DNA from: Narcine bancroftii | Lineage: Eukaryota | Assembly: GCF_036971445.1 (NCBI RefSeq) | Contig: NC_091475.1 | Location: 198,465,569 to 198,526,000 of the forward strand | Direction of reading: 5' to 3' | Length of the DNA stretch: 60,432 nt | Part shown: one piece after another, positions 1-13,317 of the stretch | How positions within the stretch are numbered: position 1 is the stretch's first letter | Layout: each line of letters opens with the position of its first letter | The notes under the pieces: model-generated | The model's database searches: none | Seen by the model: only the letters and a program-made list of their open reading frames with translations | What the model was told of the DNA's origin: nothing | Made by a program: the position numbers and the translations under genes

Positions 1-1076
1 GGTGGACAGAGAATTGGGTTGGGTCAAATGTTAAAAATCTGAAATACACACACAAAATGCTGGACATTCTCTGTCACTGCGTAGTATTTATGTTGTGTCC
101 ATGTTTTGGCTCTGAACCCCTCAAGTTAGTGGTGGAGGGCTTGAGGGGGTTTTTTCTGTTGTGGGGGAGGGAGAGAGTTCTTTTCTTCCCCCCCCCCCCC
201 CCCCCCCACTAGATTGTGACAGGTGTCGGACATTGTTGAGAGAAGCAGCTTGTAGATCCTGCTGATGGATTTGGGGATGGTTGTCGAAAGATGTTTCTGC
301 TACTCAAATCTTTATAATAAAGGTCAAAATACCATTTCTTCACCTTCCATGTTATCTTCTACTGATTCACATATCGGCTATTAAAGTCTCTCTGAATGTC
401 AATCCCTCAAACTTCTATTGTTTGGATCAATACTACACCTTACCTGACTTTTGTTTGGAAATTAATCTTGATGTGAATGAACTTGAGCAGTTTGTCCAAT
501 GCAGAGGATTTTTTTCTCTGCTTCTGATGGGAATTGAATATGCTACTTTGATGACATCCAGGATTTGATACTGTTCTTCGTTTTTATTTTCTAACCCCAT
601 TCTTGCACAAAAACCAAGAGGGAGGGTGGGTGGGTGGGGCTGCTTCACCGGATAACTTTCATGGTTATCCAAAGCTTCTGTCACAATAATAAATAAATGG
701 GGAATGGGCAATATGTTGGAAAAGAGAGACCTATAAAAGGATAGATAAAATCTAAATAACTGATTTTATTTTGGCAATCAATAAAAACTAATCATTGCCT
801 CAAATTTGGTATTGCCCATTATCCTGTTTTCTGCCACAATGGCCAAGGCTAATCTATTATAATACGAGAAGACCTTTGAAAAATGGGCTGCAATGATTGT
901 AATGCTGTTAAATATACCTGGTTAAAACAATTTCCTTCAACTAATGCAAAATCTTGAAGTCCTCCCCATGACCTTACCAACCCCCAATTGATTCTCTACT
1001 GACATTATGAAGTCTAATATTTACTCTTTATTGTGATTCAAATGATGATAGAACAGACTGGCTTGTTCAAAGCAGT

Positions 1077-1392
1077 GTACAAGGACTGCCTAAAGAAATC
1101 TCTTGGTGCCTGCCCCATTGACCACCGCCAGTGGGCTGATCTCGCCTCCAACCGTGCATCTTGGCGCCTCACAGTTCGGCGGGCAGCAACCTCCTTTGAA
1201 GAAGACCGCAGAGCCCACCTCACTGACAAAAGACAAAGGAGGAAAAATCCAACCCACCAATTTTCCCCTGTAACCGTGTCTGCCTGTCCCGCATCGGACT
1301 TGTTAGCCACAAACGAGCCTGCAGTTGACGTGGACATTTACCCCCTCCGTAAATCTTCGTCCGCGAAGCCAAGCCAAAGAAGAAGAAAGAAG
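1077..1392 (+). mobile_element. 5'-truncated RTE-clade (BovB-like) LINE, 3' end
   Basis: Translates YKDCLKKSLGAC..DHRQWADLASNRASWR..RRKNPT. Ends in a GAA-rich tail and is nearly identical to the copies at 13.3 kb and 18.9 kb. Confidence 0.9.
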
Positions 1393-2559
1393 CATTGTGT
1401 TTAAAAAAAAAAAAAAAAAAAGTTCATTCACAATGGGGGTTTACAAAATACCTTGGTAGAATTGTTTGGCGAGAAAATGCCAAACAGTTGTATATTTTGT
1501 ACCCCAGCGTGCCATACCCTATCCAATTCCATTTTTTTTAAACCAAGGAAAACTCATTTGTAGATTGTGGAAAGTTTACACTTGTTAGATTAAAGTAATT
1601 GAGTGCTATTTTATCTACAATTCAATTTAAAATATGCTTGTTGCAAGTTGCAAGTTCATAAGCTGCTGCAGGACCACCAAAATATATGTCGGCACTAACT
1701 GCAATATATATTTATCTATCCTTTTATAGTTATTGTCAGCGTACATACACGACATCACATACAACCCTGAGATTCCTTTTTCTAGTGGGTGTGGCAGAAT
1801 TACCATCTTTTGGTAGTGCAAAAAAAAATGGTCACATAGCATATCATGGCTGCAGCGAATTAGAATTTCAATACGTGTGTACATGGCACTTGCACTAAAC
1901 TCTAATATTTCTTATTATGTCATACTTAGGAAACACTTCCCCCACCTCCCGTACAGATGGTGCTAAAATGGTTGCAGTTGGGAAGAAGATCATTTGGCCT
2001 GTTGTGTTTGAACCACTTCCGATAAAGGAGCAATCCAGCTTGTCCCTTGACCACTCCCTCCCTCTCCCATAACCCTGCAGATTCTATCCTTCTTGATACT
2101 TACCAGCATTCTTTGAATATCATTGAATTGGTCTTCACCGTTAAGCATTAGCAAGAGGTTCTAGGCCTGTCCCCTCATAATTAGCTCTTGCTATTGTGTA
2201 TGAAGGCATACTGGAATGTGTGTTGAGGTAGTAATTAGACAAATTAAACACAAACTTGACCAAATAGTTTGTAGATAAAGAAACCTTAAGAGGCCGATAT
2301 GCCTAATGAAAATCAATTGTAATTTTTTCTTCTACAAAATAAACATCAGTTTACAAAGCATTCAGTACCATTTTGGGTGGTAAATACATTGATGGAATAT
2401 TTCAGGGGCGTTTCTTTTAAATCGAATATAAATGTTTTGTAGACAATAGAAGCAGATAACCCTTTTCATAGCTACAACACACATCAGTGTAAATGAAGGC
2501 AGAACATTCCCCAGTAACAAATTTTATTTTGCCAATAAAAATCTGGATGAAAAGTACAT

Positions 2560-4130
2560 CAAATATAAAACATTACAGCACCGGACAAGCCCTTCAGCTC
2601 ACAATGTTGTGCAGACCTACAGAAACAAACTCCGGGATCAGTCTAACCTTTCCCTTCCTCAGAGGCCATAACCTTGTTTACAGCCATGTGTTGGTCTAAG
2701 AGGTTTTTAAATGTTCTATTATATCAGAATCTATCACCATTCATTCCAGGCACTTGCCATTCTCTGTGTAGTTAATAATAATAAATTAAAAAAAAACCCA
2801 CAACCTTACCTCTGACATCTGGCCTAAACTTTTCTACATTTACCTAAGTGGATGCTGATATTGGCCATTGCTGCCCTGGTTTTAAAAAAAAAATGATGCT
2901 GACCATCTGCTCTGTTTATACCTATCATAATCTTATACCCCTCTATTAAGTTGCTGTTCATCTGCTGTGACTCCAAAGAGAAAAGCCCTAGCTTGTTCAA
3001 TGTTTCCTCATTAAACATGTTCTCTAATTCATTGGTCATCCTGGTAAATCTCTGCCCTCTCTCCAAAATGTCTGCATCTTTCTTGCACAAAATGCTTTCT
3101 TAATCACCCTAAATACTTGCATGGCAACTTTGAGGAATCTATTGACTTGAACCCCAAGATCCATCTGTTCCTCCAAACTGCTCAGAATCCTGCTGTTAGC
3201 CTTGTACTCTGCCTACAAGTTCAATTTTCCAAAATGTATCACTTTACATTTTCCAAATTGAACAGCATCTCCGCCCAACTGTGCATCCTGTCGATACCCA
3301 CAATAACATTCTATGTTATCCGCGATACCTCTGCCTTTGTGTTATCACCACACTTAATAACTGACCCCTCTACTTCATCCATATCTTTTGCAAAAATCAC
3401 AAACGGCAGGTGTCTTAGAACCGATCCCTGTGGAACACCATTGGTCACCGATCTCCTGGCAGAACATGCTGTATCTACTAGCCCTTGCAGCCAGATTTCC
3501 GTGGACCCCATGCCTCATTACTTTCTGCATGAGCCTACCATGGGGAACTTTGTCAAACAAAGGCACTGTCCAGTTAGGGGGTGGTTAGCACAATGCTATT
3601 ACAGCACCAGTGACCGGAGTTCGAATCCAGTTCTGTCTGTAAGGAATTTGTACGTTCTCCCCATGTCTGTGTGGGTTTCCTCCCACCCTCCAAAATGTAT
3701 GGGATTATAGATTAATTTGAGTGTGATTAGGTTGCCCGGGTTTATAAATGGTTGAATTAACTTCTACCATGCAGTAAATAAATAAAATAAATTTTAAATT
3801 CCCGACATAGTGCACATATATATATATATATAAATATATATATATATCACATCCACCACTTTACCTTCATCAATTTGTTTTGTCATCTCCACAAACAATT
3901 AAGCTTGAAGCATGGCCTGCCTCTCACAAAAAGCCATGTTGACTGTCCATAATTAGTCTATGCTTCTCTAAGTGCTCTTAAATCCTGTCCCACAGAAACC
4001 TCTTCAACAGTTTGCCCATTGTGATGTTAAACACACCGGTTTATAATTTACAGGATTATCCTTATTGCCTTTCTTGAACAATATTTATCATCCTCCAATC
4101 CTCTGGTACCATTGATGTGGCCAGGGAGTG
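2560..4130 (-). mobile_element. Decayed CR1 LINE fragment (interrupted by a SINE)
   Basis: Minus-strand peptides FDKVPHGRLMQKV, VTNGVPQGSVL and LNKLGLFSLE are CR1 RT motifs. Boundaries approximate. Confidence 0.8.
3565..3795 (+). mobile_element. tRNA-derived V-SINE (HE1-like)
   Basis: Box-B-like GGAGTTCGAATCC followed by the V-domain core TGTAAGGAATTTGTACGTTCTCCCCATGTCTGTGTGGGTTTCCTCC and an AT-rich tail. Confidence 0.75.
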
Positions 4131-4344
4131 CAAACAACTCCACTAGCTCAAACCTCCCGCTCTCTGCCAATAAACCTCCAACCCCCGCACCCCCCCCTCA
4201 CTTCCATGTACACATCCAACCTTCTCTGAAATGACAGAAGGGACCCTGCTGCAACTATCTCATTCGGAAGATCATTCCATTCTGCCACCACTCGCTGAGT
4301 GGAAAAAGCCACCTCTAATCATGTTTTCCCTTTAACCCCTTAGA

Positions 4345-4960
4345 ACATTATGGTAGAGTACAGGCCCTTTGGTCCATGATGTTGTATTGACCAATAGAAA
4401 CCTACTCTACAAACTAAACCTTTCCTACCTTGTACCCAGAGCCCTCTATTTTTCTGGTATCCACGTTCCTAAGAAGCTTTTAAAATGTCCCTATTGTATG
4501 AGGCTTCACCACCCCAACAATGCATTCCAAGTGCCCACTAATCTGTGTAAAAATAAATAAAATGAAACATCCCTAACATCACTACTGAACTTTCCTTCCC
4601 TCACCTTGTTCAGATGTCCTCCAGTGTTTGCTACTCTTGCCTAGATGCTGACTGTCTACGGTATCAAAGCCTCTCATAATCTTGTCGATCTCTATTAAGT
4701 CACGTCTCGCCCTTCTTCGCTCCAAAAAGACATACCTCTGTTATTCTCCTGGTAAATCTCTGTACCCTCTCCATAGCTTCCACATCCTTCCTGTAATGAG
4801 ACAAGCAGAATGGACACAATATTCCAAGTATGGTCTAACCACAATTTTATATGGCTATAACATTACTTTACACTCTTGAACTCAGTCCAACTAATTAAGG
4901 TCAACGTACCATATGCATCTTAATTATTCTACCGACCTGCTTAGCAGCCTTAAGAGAAGT
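4345..4960 (-). mobile_element. Decayed CR1 LINE 3' fragment
   Basis: Resembles the 3' UTR and 3' ORF of the other CR1 copies (GGCCCTTTGGTCC.., ACACAATATTCCAAGTATGGTCTAACC). Boundaries approximate. Confidence 0.6.
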
Positions 4961-5842
4961 TCTACCTTTACTCGAGTTATTCTCCTGTTCTGCACGTGTG
5001 CATTACTTTGGAGTTTTCATTAATCCTACTTGCCAAGGCTTTCTCATGTTCCCTTGTCCTAAATACCTTATTGTTCCTTCCTGGCTATCTTCCAATTCTT
5101 CTCTGATTTTTGCTTCCTAAATTTCAAATATGCATCACCCAGATTTACTACATAGGAATTTGATTTAAAAATGGAGATAAAATCGGAATTTCATGATAAT
5201 GAATGTAAAAATTGGAACAAAAATGAGTGGTTAGAACACATGGGATTGGATTGTGATTATGTTATTAGTCAATATGTTACTTGGTCATTGCTTGCAATAT
5301 TAACTGAAAGTGGAACTAGTTTTTGTAGTTTTATTTTACTTTCACCAAGCAGTTGAAGGGTAAGGTGTTTTAAAATTATTTTGGAAAAGATGATAATTAT
5401 AACAGTTCCATTGCTGTGATCTTTTATTGTTATTTGAATAATCTGTGTAATTTAACAGCTGTTTCCAACAAGAACAAGTTTGGTGTCACTTTTGTGCTCA
5501 AGATCAAATTCTGGTGGAATAAATTTCTTGTATTCAATAGAAAAAAAATGTTAGCAGTGTTTCTGTCAAAAACCTAAGCCTGGTGTTGCATTTGTGTTTG
5601 CAAGATTCATTTCTGGTGGAGTTTGTTTCCTGTATTCAGCAGAAAAAAATGTTAACATAGTTCCTATTTGGGAAGCCATTGCACAAAGTGCAATAGGATG
5701 GTTCTTACCACACACTTTCCTGCACTATTCTCCAATTAAGGCAAGCTGCTGAGCAACTATTTCCATTTCTGACACCAAACATAATTCGGCTGCTTAGCCT
5801 ACAGTTATTTTCAAACCTTACAAATGAGCATACAGTGCAGGT

Positions 5843-5887
5843 CTCTCTCTCTCTCTCTCTCTCTCGCTCTCTCACACACACACACAT
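5843..5887. repeat. Compound (CT)n(CA)n microsatellite
   Basis: Directly visible dinucleotide runs. Confidence 0.9.
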
Positions 5888-6249
5888 AATTTGAGCCAAT
5901 ATTGATTAATGAAAATTATTTATGGAATTTGTTGGAATTGGAGATGATATATACTAGTACCTAAATGGAACAAACCAGTGGACTTGGGATATTTAAATCT
6001 TCCGAAGATAACCCTCCTCAATTTTGGGTAAAATAAACTGATGAAGATGGATGATTGGATAGAAAACAGAAGGAATAAAAGGAACATTGGTGCATCACAA
6101 TGTTGAAGCTTACTGCTGCTTCTATGTTCCAGCAACCAAAAACTTGAGCTGAGGCAGAGAAGTCATAATTAAAGATAAAATAACTTTAATGTTGGACCAT
6201 TGAGTAAATTCAGAATTTCTGTCATTTACATCTGTGAAGGTTGATTAAA

Positions 6250-7100
6250 CAATAAAGAGGATAACACTGCACTTAAAACAAAAGTGGTGAGTGAGACAGA
6301 CACGTCGCAAATTAAATTTAATACCTTGGAGTACATTAACTTTAGCAGGAAAAACAAGGAAAGAAAATATTGATCAATGGTACAATTTTTAAAAGAGGCT
6401 ACACAAAGTGATATCAGTGTTCTTATGCACACAACTCTGAAGGTAATATCGTAGTTGAGAAAACCTCATGGTTAGGTTCCTTGGCTTCATTCATGGAGGC
6501 ATTGAGTACAAAAGTGAGAAGATAACATTAAATATTTTATAAAATACATGCAGACTCTAATAGTTTTGCATTACACTTTGCATTTTAGAGGAAAGTTGCA
6601 AATGTCTTTGGAGAGGATGCATAAGATTGACTAAATCTTTACTAAGATTTACTAAAACAGCCCAGAGAAGAATTTCAGCTATAGTTCGATTGGATTTCAG
6701 CCATAAAGTTAGTTAATTATGATTACAACAGGATTTAGATGAAATAGGAAAGCGGGTCAAGGAATGGCAGATGAAATTTAAATTAATTTGTGACTGGTTG
6801 CACTTTAATAGCTTAAACCAGGGGAGGAATTGCACAGTGAATGGTCCGGCCTTGGGGAGAGACTTGTGGGTGCAGGGACATAGTTCTGTGAAAGTGGTGA
6901 CACAAGTAGACCGAATGGTGAGTAGGGATGAACTACCAGAGGAAGTAGTAGAAGTGGAGACTATTATAAAATTTAAAAGACATTTAGACAGTTCATGGGT
7001 AGTAAACATTTTTAGGAATGCCGGCTGAACGTAGGCAAATCGGACTAGGTTGGTTGGCATGGACAAGTTGGGCTGAAGAGCCTGTTTCTGTGCTGTAGAA
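6250..7100 (+). mobile_element. Decayed CR1 LINE fragments
   Basis: Peptides WQMKF, DLWVQGHSSVKVVTQVDRMV and ELPEEVVEVETIIKFKRHLD are typical of the CR1 ORF2 C-terminus. Confidence 0.7.
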
Positions 7101-7439
7101 CTCTGACTCTATAGATAAATGGGAATTGTTTCTGGAGTAGATTTGCAAGAGATTTAATGGAGGTGTACAATATCTTGATAGATTTAGCAAAGAGGTCAAA
7201 GACCAAGCCAGACTGATCCAGAGATGATCCAGGAAATTGTTATCCATAATTGATAGGTGGCGAATAGACAACTAAATTGATCCTTTAGGGGACCTATGTA
7301 TATTGCTATGGGAGATGAGCAAAGCCTTAAATGCAAGGAGTCACTAAAATGTAAGAGAAGGTGCTCACAGTTTTAGAGGGACAAATCCCCAAACATTCAG
7401 CATTTCTGTGTTGCTTTACCTCCTATGGATGCTGCGAGA

Positions 7440-8030
7440 TCAGTTGAGTTCCTCCACCATTGCTGTCTCTGGAGGGATCATCTACTGCATCCAGTGTTCC
7501 TGTTGTGGTCTCCTCTACATCAAAGCCATTGGGTGCAGAGTGGGAGATCGTTGCTATCTGCCACAATAGTATGGATCTCCAATGGCCATTCATTTCAATT
7601 CTCTGTCCCATTCCCATGCTGACCATGGTCTTGTGCACTGCCAGACTGAGACTACCTGCGTATTGGAGGAACAATGCCTCATCTTCCATCTGGGCACCCT
7701 CCAACTGGCTTGAATTAATATTAATGGGTTTCATTTTAAACCCCCCTCCCCCCAATCTTCATCATCCTCCTTTCCTCTATTTCGTGATTTCTCTCTCTTC
7801 CCCCCACCCCCCTCCCTTTTCCCTGCCTCCCTTCACAGACCCAAAATCAATTCTCACCTTTCCTCTTATCCAATTAACATCTTTTGTCTGTTGGTCTCTA
7901 CTCCCATTCTCCCCCCTTTTTCTCCTCAGAAGTGCTCAGGCCTGAAATGTCAGTACTACAGGTATATCTTTACCTCCTGTGGTTGCTATGAGACCAGCTG
8001 AAAATCCTCCAGCATTTTTTGTGTTTTTAC
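7440..8030 (+). mobile_element. Penelope-like element remnant (GIY-YIG end plus pyrimidine-rich tail)
   Basis: GIIYCIQCSCCGLLYI..RVGDR near 7474 and LEEQCLIFHLGTLQ near 7662 match the GIY-YIG endonuclease C-terminus of Penelope elements. Confidence 0.65.
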
Positions 8031-8830
8031 AAATCCTCGGTGCCTGGCCAAGTGTTTTCCTAAGGCATTGTGGGAAGCTAGGGAAGAAATTGCTGGGGCA
8101 CTGGCAAGAGATGCTTGCATCATTATCCGTGGGTGAGATACTGACAGACTGAAGGTGCCTAATTGAGATGATGGTAGGTGGCTAATGTTGTGCCTTAATT
8201 TAAGAAGGGCTGCAAAGACAAACCATGGAACTACAAGGCCAGTGAGCCAAACACCAATGATGGGCAAGCTACTGGAGGGGATTCTGGGTCTACCTGCATT
8301 TAGAAATTGATTGAAGGTTGCCTGATGAGGGTTCCAGTCTGAAATGTCAAGACTGTTTCTGTCAGGGACGCTGCCTGACCTGCTGAATTCCACCAGCTCT
8401 TTGTTTGAAAGACAGTAAGCATGGTCTTGTGTGTACAAAATCTTATCTCAAATTTAATTGAGTTGAATACACTACCAAGGAAGATTGACGAGGGCAGGGG
8501 GAGGTGGATGGAGCAGGTACGTGTCTACCTGAATCTGGAAAGGATTCAGAAAAGGTACACAAGGATGTTACTGGGATTGGAGAGCTTAAGTTACAAGGAG
8601 AGGCTGGAATTTTATTCTCTGGAGCTTCGTGTGACCTTGTAGACCTGTACAAAATCATGACGGCCACAAATAAGGTGAGCAGTCTTATTCTAAGGAGATA
8701 TGAATGCAAAAATAGGGGTGATGGGGGCAATTTTTTACACCCTGAGGGTGGAAGGTAAATGGAATGAATTGCCAGAAGCTGTGTAGAAGGTGGTACAATC
8801 TTGACGTTGATCAGATATTTAGACAGGTAT
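8030..8830 (+). mobile_element. Decayed CR1 LINE fragments
   Basis: GNYRPVS-like motif near 8226 and LERIQKRYTRMLLGLESLSYKERLE. Confidence 0.7.
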
Positions 8831-9796
8831 GGGGAAGAATATTTTCTGACTGCTGGTGTGAAATCTTTAACAAGCTGCAAAAGACATTGCCTCAGCATTT
8901 CCTCATTATTGAAGTGATGCAATCATACATTACTTCCATGCTATCATTTGAAAATCAACCAATGAATTAACTGTACCAAACTGGTATTTAGATGACTTTA
9001 CCTCTTTCTGAATTCTAAAGACGGAAGTGAAAGTGTGACTATTTTCATCCACGCTAATGATATTGAAATGACATCTGGACGGGTTCAACCACAGCAACTC
9101 ATGGACCAACTCAACCATGTTTATTTTTTACCCAATATATTTTATTTTATGTAAAGCTCTCATCATGAGCTTCTTTGAACACATTCACATCATGTTCACT
9201 TTACAGCAGAGATACTAATAAACTGGATACCTTGCCCCCTCCCCTCTTCCCTTTTGAGTTTAGCTACTGCTCGACTGTGAATAACTAGTTTAATGCAGGC
9301 TGATTTAAAGTCCCAGTAGTTTCCTGATCAGTTTTATTATTTTTTTTACATTTATTTCTCCGAGTTATAATCTTCTTCTTGTATTGTGAAAATAGTGAGT
9401 CCTTATTCTGTTTGGGTGAAAGGATGTATACTAGCTATTCCGCTTGGCAGATATTCTTTAATGCAGCTACTTTTGATTTGCGGAAGTATCATTCCCTCTA
9501 ATCTGGATCTTTTTGTTCTCTCTTGCATTTGCATCTCAACCACTAGCAGGGGTATTTTTCATGGAAATTAGAAAATTATCCTTGCTACTGTTCTAAATTA
9601 TGTTGCTCCTTTCAATGTCACAGTTGAGGTCTGGCTATCAACAGTTCCTGACTACAAGTTTCCTTCTGCTTGCCTTTTTCCTTGTACTCTGTTTAACAGG
9701 GCTGAGGGACAACATTTTTTGAAATTAAGCTGCAATCCAAGGTCAAAATCTTTCCATACTGGAATTTTGAAATAATTTGTGCTTTTGTTTCACCAG

Positions 9797-10462
9797 ATTG
9801 ATGTTAAGGACTATATGCTAGTTGGCTTAAAGGATCAGACAGTGGGACGGTTGCCAGGTAAAGTTGCTGGTGAGCAGTTTGTCATTGAAGAATGTGAAAA
9901 CTGCAACATATATATATTTGACCACTCTGCTACCATTGCCATTGATGACTGCACCAACTGCAGGATATTTCTGGGACCTATCAAAGGAAGTGTGTTTTTC
10001 CGCAAATGCATAGACTGCAAATGTGTCATGGCTTGTCAGCAATTCCGTACACGTGATTGCAGAAAAATGGACATCTTCCTTTGCTGTGCAACCCAGCCCA
10101 TAATCGAATCATCTACGGGCATGAAGTTTGGCTGTTTCCAATATTACTATCCTGAGCTGGGTTATCAGTTCAAAGATGCAGGGTTGAGCATCTTCAATAA
10201 CAACTGGAGCAACATACATGACTTCACCCCTTCTTCAGATGAAAACAATTGGGTGTTGTTAGCTGAAGATACATTACCTCATGATTATGTTCCTCTTCCT
10301 GAATCAGAGGAGCTGAAAGCTGTTCGGATCTCAACTGATTTGAACAAAAGCATCGTTCCAGTTACACGAGGCCAAAGACAAAAGAACAGCGAGGAGTCAT
10401 GCTTAGTTGTGTTTTTTGCTGGAGTTTACACGACAGCCAATGCCAGGAAGTTGATTGATGAG
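9797..10462 (+). CDS. RP2: RP2 (protein XRP2, ARL3 GTPase-activating protein) coding exon 2, TBCC/C-CAP beta-helix domain
   Basis: Acceptor TTTCACCAG|ATT and donor GAG|GTGAGA. 666 bp, phase 0/0. Translates [63 protein letters not shown], collinear with human RP2 exon 2 including the catalytic CQQFR motif. Confidence 0.98.
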
Positions 10463-10743
10463 GTGAGAAAATTGTACGTCTGTGTACATTTCTTGTTGAC
10501 TTTTGGGGCAAGTGACATGTTCAAAATTGAATTGGAGCCATTGTTACTGTAATCCAGAATTGTGTGGCAGCATTGTAGAAAAGAGTGACATACTTTATAA
10601 GCTTGCTTCCATAGGACAAATTGGCAGTGATCTGAGAGCATTTAGTTTATTTACAAAAGCATGCTAACTAGCATAAAGAAATGAAAATAACATTCCTTTT
10701 TGTTAAATTTGTATGGCGATAAATTATGAAAGCAGTGACATTA

Positions 10744-11079
10744 CAGTACGTTCCCCCGTATCCAAAAACCTTGGGACTGGAAGGTTTTTGGTTATTGGGT
10801 TTTTTGGTTAATGAAACAATGGCTTTAAGTAGCATCAGGAGAATATTTGTATCAGCAGTTAAACAAAAAAAACGGCAGGATTTTCGAGCATGAAATAATG
10901 TTTCATACGTACCAAAAAACAATTCACCACAAACCACGAGAGCTCTGTTGTTATCAAAATGACTCCATCAAAGCATTCAGAGCCCCACATGGGCAAGTCG
11001 GTGATAAATTTGTTTCCAACTTGTGATGTCATGTCGGTGCCGCAAAAAAGTTTGACTTCGGATAAGGGGAAATATACAG
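10744..11079. mobile_element. Tc1/mariner-pogo (Tigger-like) MITE
   Basis: Imperfect TIRs CAGTACGTTCCCCCGTATCCAAA / TTCGGATAAGGGGAAATATACAG with flanking TA dinucleotides. Confidence 0.55.
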
Positions 11080-12091
11080 TATTAGAATGATTTAAATGAA
11101 GAATTAAGTGGTCAAATGATCAATTGTCAAAATATTAACTCCTATTATGAACTGCCAAATGACTTGCATAATGTTTTCATCATTAGGTTTGGGGCAGTTT
11201 GTGTCGGCCTTGGATTGAAACCTGATGTCCCCAATTTCATTGTTCTTCTTTCAGGTGGAATATTGTACGATGAGACATTATTGAGCTTCCTGATTTAGTT
11301 CTTTCAGACACTTTGGCACAAAAACAGTCTGACATGGCGTTTTCAAATGAGCCATGAAAACTTGGCCCTGTAATTTTCACTTTTTAAACTGTCAACCAGC
11401 ACAAGGCATTGAGAAACAAATGATTGTTAATGGTAGATTTACTTTACAAATATGACATTTATAAACTTGTTAGTGGTAGATATCAGTGGATAATTTGTCT
11501 GTTGAAGTAGACATATGCCAAAGTTCAGAAAAAAAGTCTAGATGAAGTTGAGCACAGACTGAAGAGTTGCTACAAATGGATGAGCTCACAATTCCAGCAA
11601 CTGTAGTTCCTTGTATTTCCATAACTCGATACTTATCCCCTTATAGATTCTACATCCAGTCCTTAAAGGAAAACTAACAGCAACAGGACTGAATTAAGTT
11701 GTAGATTTTTGCCATTCTGATCAGCATTTTAAAGTTCTTGGAATTGATTTTGTAATATAATTCTATTTATCTTGCTGCGTTTGTGTTGCATGTTTGAAGG
11801 AGCTACCAATTCTGTTCACATTGTCTGTGGTCATGGAAATTTCTCCAGTTCCAAAATTTATTCAAATATCCTTATTATTGCTCCCATCATATTTTTTCAG
11901 GCAGTGTAGTCCACATCTTAATAAATAAATGTGTGAGATTCCAGAAAAGTAGTAATTTGTCTTTATACCAGTTTTAAAAAAATTAAATATGATGCATGCT
12001 TTATTCTGAAGACTGGTAGAAATAAAATTGGTATCCTGTTTTGCCTTAATGTTTCTGGCAGTAAAATTAACTTTGTTTTTCTTTTCAAAAG

Positions 12092-12206
12092 ATGGCTGCA
12101 AAGGATTTTGCTCTTGTTCAAACAAAGGAAATTTTGATGAAACCAGATGATGCCAATAGAGTATTTAAAGAGAAAGCAGCAGGCTTTATTCCATTGATTC
12201 AAGAAG
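12092..12206 (+). CDS. RP2: RP2 coding exon 3 (NDPK-like domain)
   Basis: Acceptor TTTTCAAAAG|ATG and donor AAG|GTAGTT. 115 bp. Translates MAAKDFALVQTKEILMKPDDANRVFKEKAAGFIPLIQE(G), matching human [29 protein letters not shown]. Confidence 0.96.
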
Positions 12207-13317
12207 GTAGTTATGATTGTGAAGAATATTTTTAATCAACATTTATTGACGATCATTTTCTTCATTCACATGGTCCTTTATCACCCTGCGGCCACACAAT
12301 TGTCTTGTCCCTATCCCCACCACCACACCTCACGAAACCATCAACCAAAGTTTGTCTTGTTTTCCAAAGTGCCTGATGCAATCTTTTACAATAATCAATG
12401 GCACAAAATATTTCCAATGTTTCAACTTCGTGTCATTTGTTGTAAAATCCTGTCCTCTTTGATTGGTCAAGAACGATGTACTTCAGGATTTTTAATTGAT
12501 CATGCATGCTAAGTATTTATTTTGAAATGGAAAAAAATTCAGTGAAAAGTAAGTCATTTAATTGTCAGCTAGCCTGAAGCTTTGTGGTAATTTTGCTAAA
12601 GCAAAAAATATAGTAAATCTTTGCACAGCACTGGTCACAGACCTCTACTCTCTCTCTCCCTCTTATCAAGTCATTTCTGTATCCCATTATCAAGATTATT
12701 CTGGATTCCTTTTAATCTGACTTTCAGGACCAATCTACCTTGTGGAACCGTCAAAAATGTTGGCAAAGATCATGTAGACTATCAATTTACTTGGTCATCA
12801 ATCATATTACTGTCACTTTAAAAAAAATGTTTTGTATGAATTTACTATTACATTTCTTGGTGATTTTGTATCGATGGCTTCCAGTTATGCCTTTATCCAT
12901 GTGGAAATCATCTCTCGATTTACATCCAACATCACACTTTTAAGATGAGAATTTATCTAATATAGGTTGAGCATAACTTCCCTCGTTTCAGAAAGGAACC
13001 ATGTCCATTGGCTTGCTTTATAAATAACCTTGATGACCTGTGCTGCAGCTTTCAGATTGTCTATTGGTGTTTCTAATAATCTCTTTACGCCATTCCCTTC
13101 CATCTTGGGCTCACACTCAAAGTATTAAGTGAATTCCATAGTCTTCAAACCAAAATCTACTTTTTATCTTTCATTTAAGTTTTGAATATAAACTTTTCGA
13201 AGCTACTGAGCTGCTTAAAGCCATGTTTATTATAACTCCTCCACCACCCCTACAATTTTAGAAACACAAATCCATTAATTCTTAAATCATTATCCCAGCA
13301 TTGAATCTTGTGGCACA

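Noticed and set aside
883-957. ATG GGC TGC (MGC..) as RP2 exon 1
   Set aside because: It reads MGCNDCNAVKYTWLKQFPSTNAKS* with a stop codon, no YSWD..EK motif and no donor. The true exon 1 must lie upstream of the window.
3575-3635. tRNA gene
   Set aside because: Only box A/B-like remnants are present, followed by a SINE core, and there is no complete cloverleaf.
9779-10552. 257-aa single ORF as a complete gene
   Set aside because: The ORF overruns the splice sites. Homology is confined to 9797-10462 and continues in exons 3-5.
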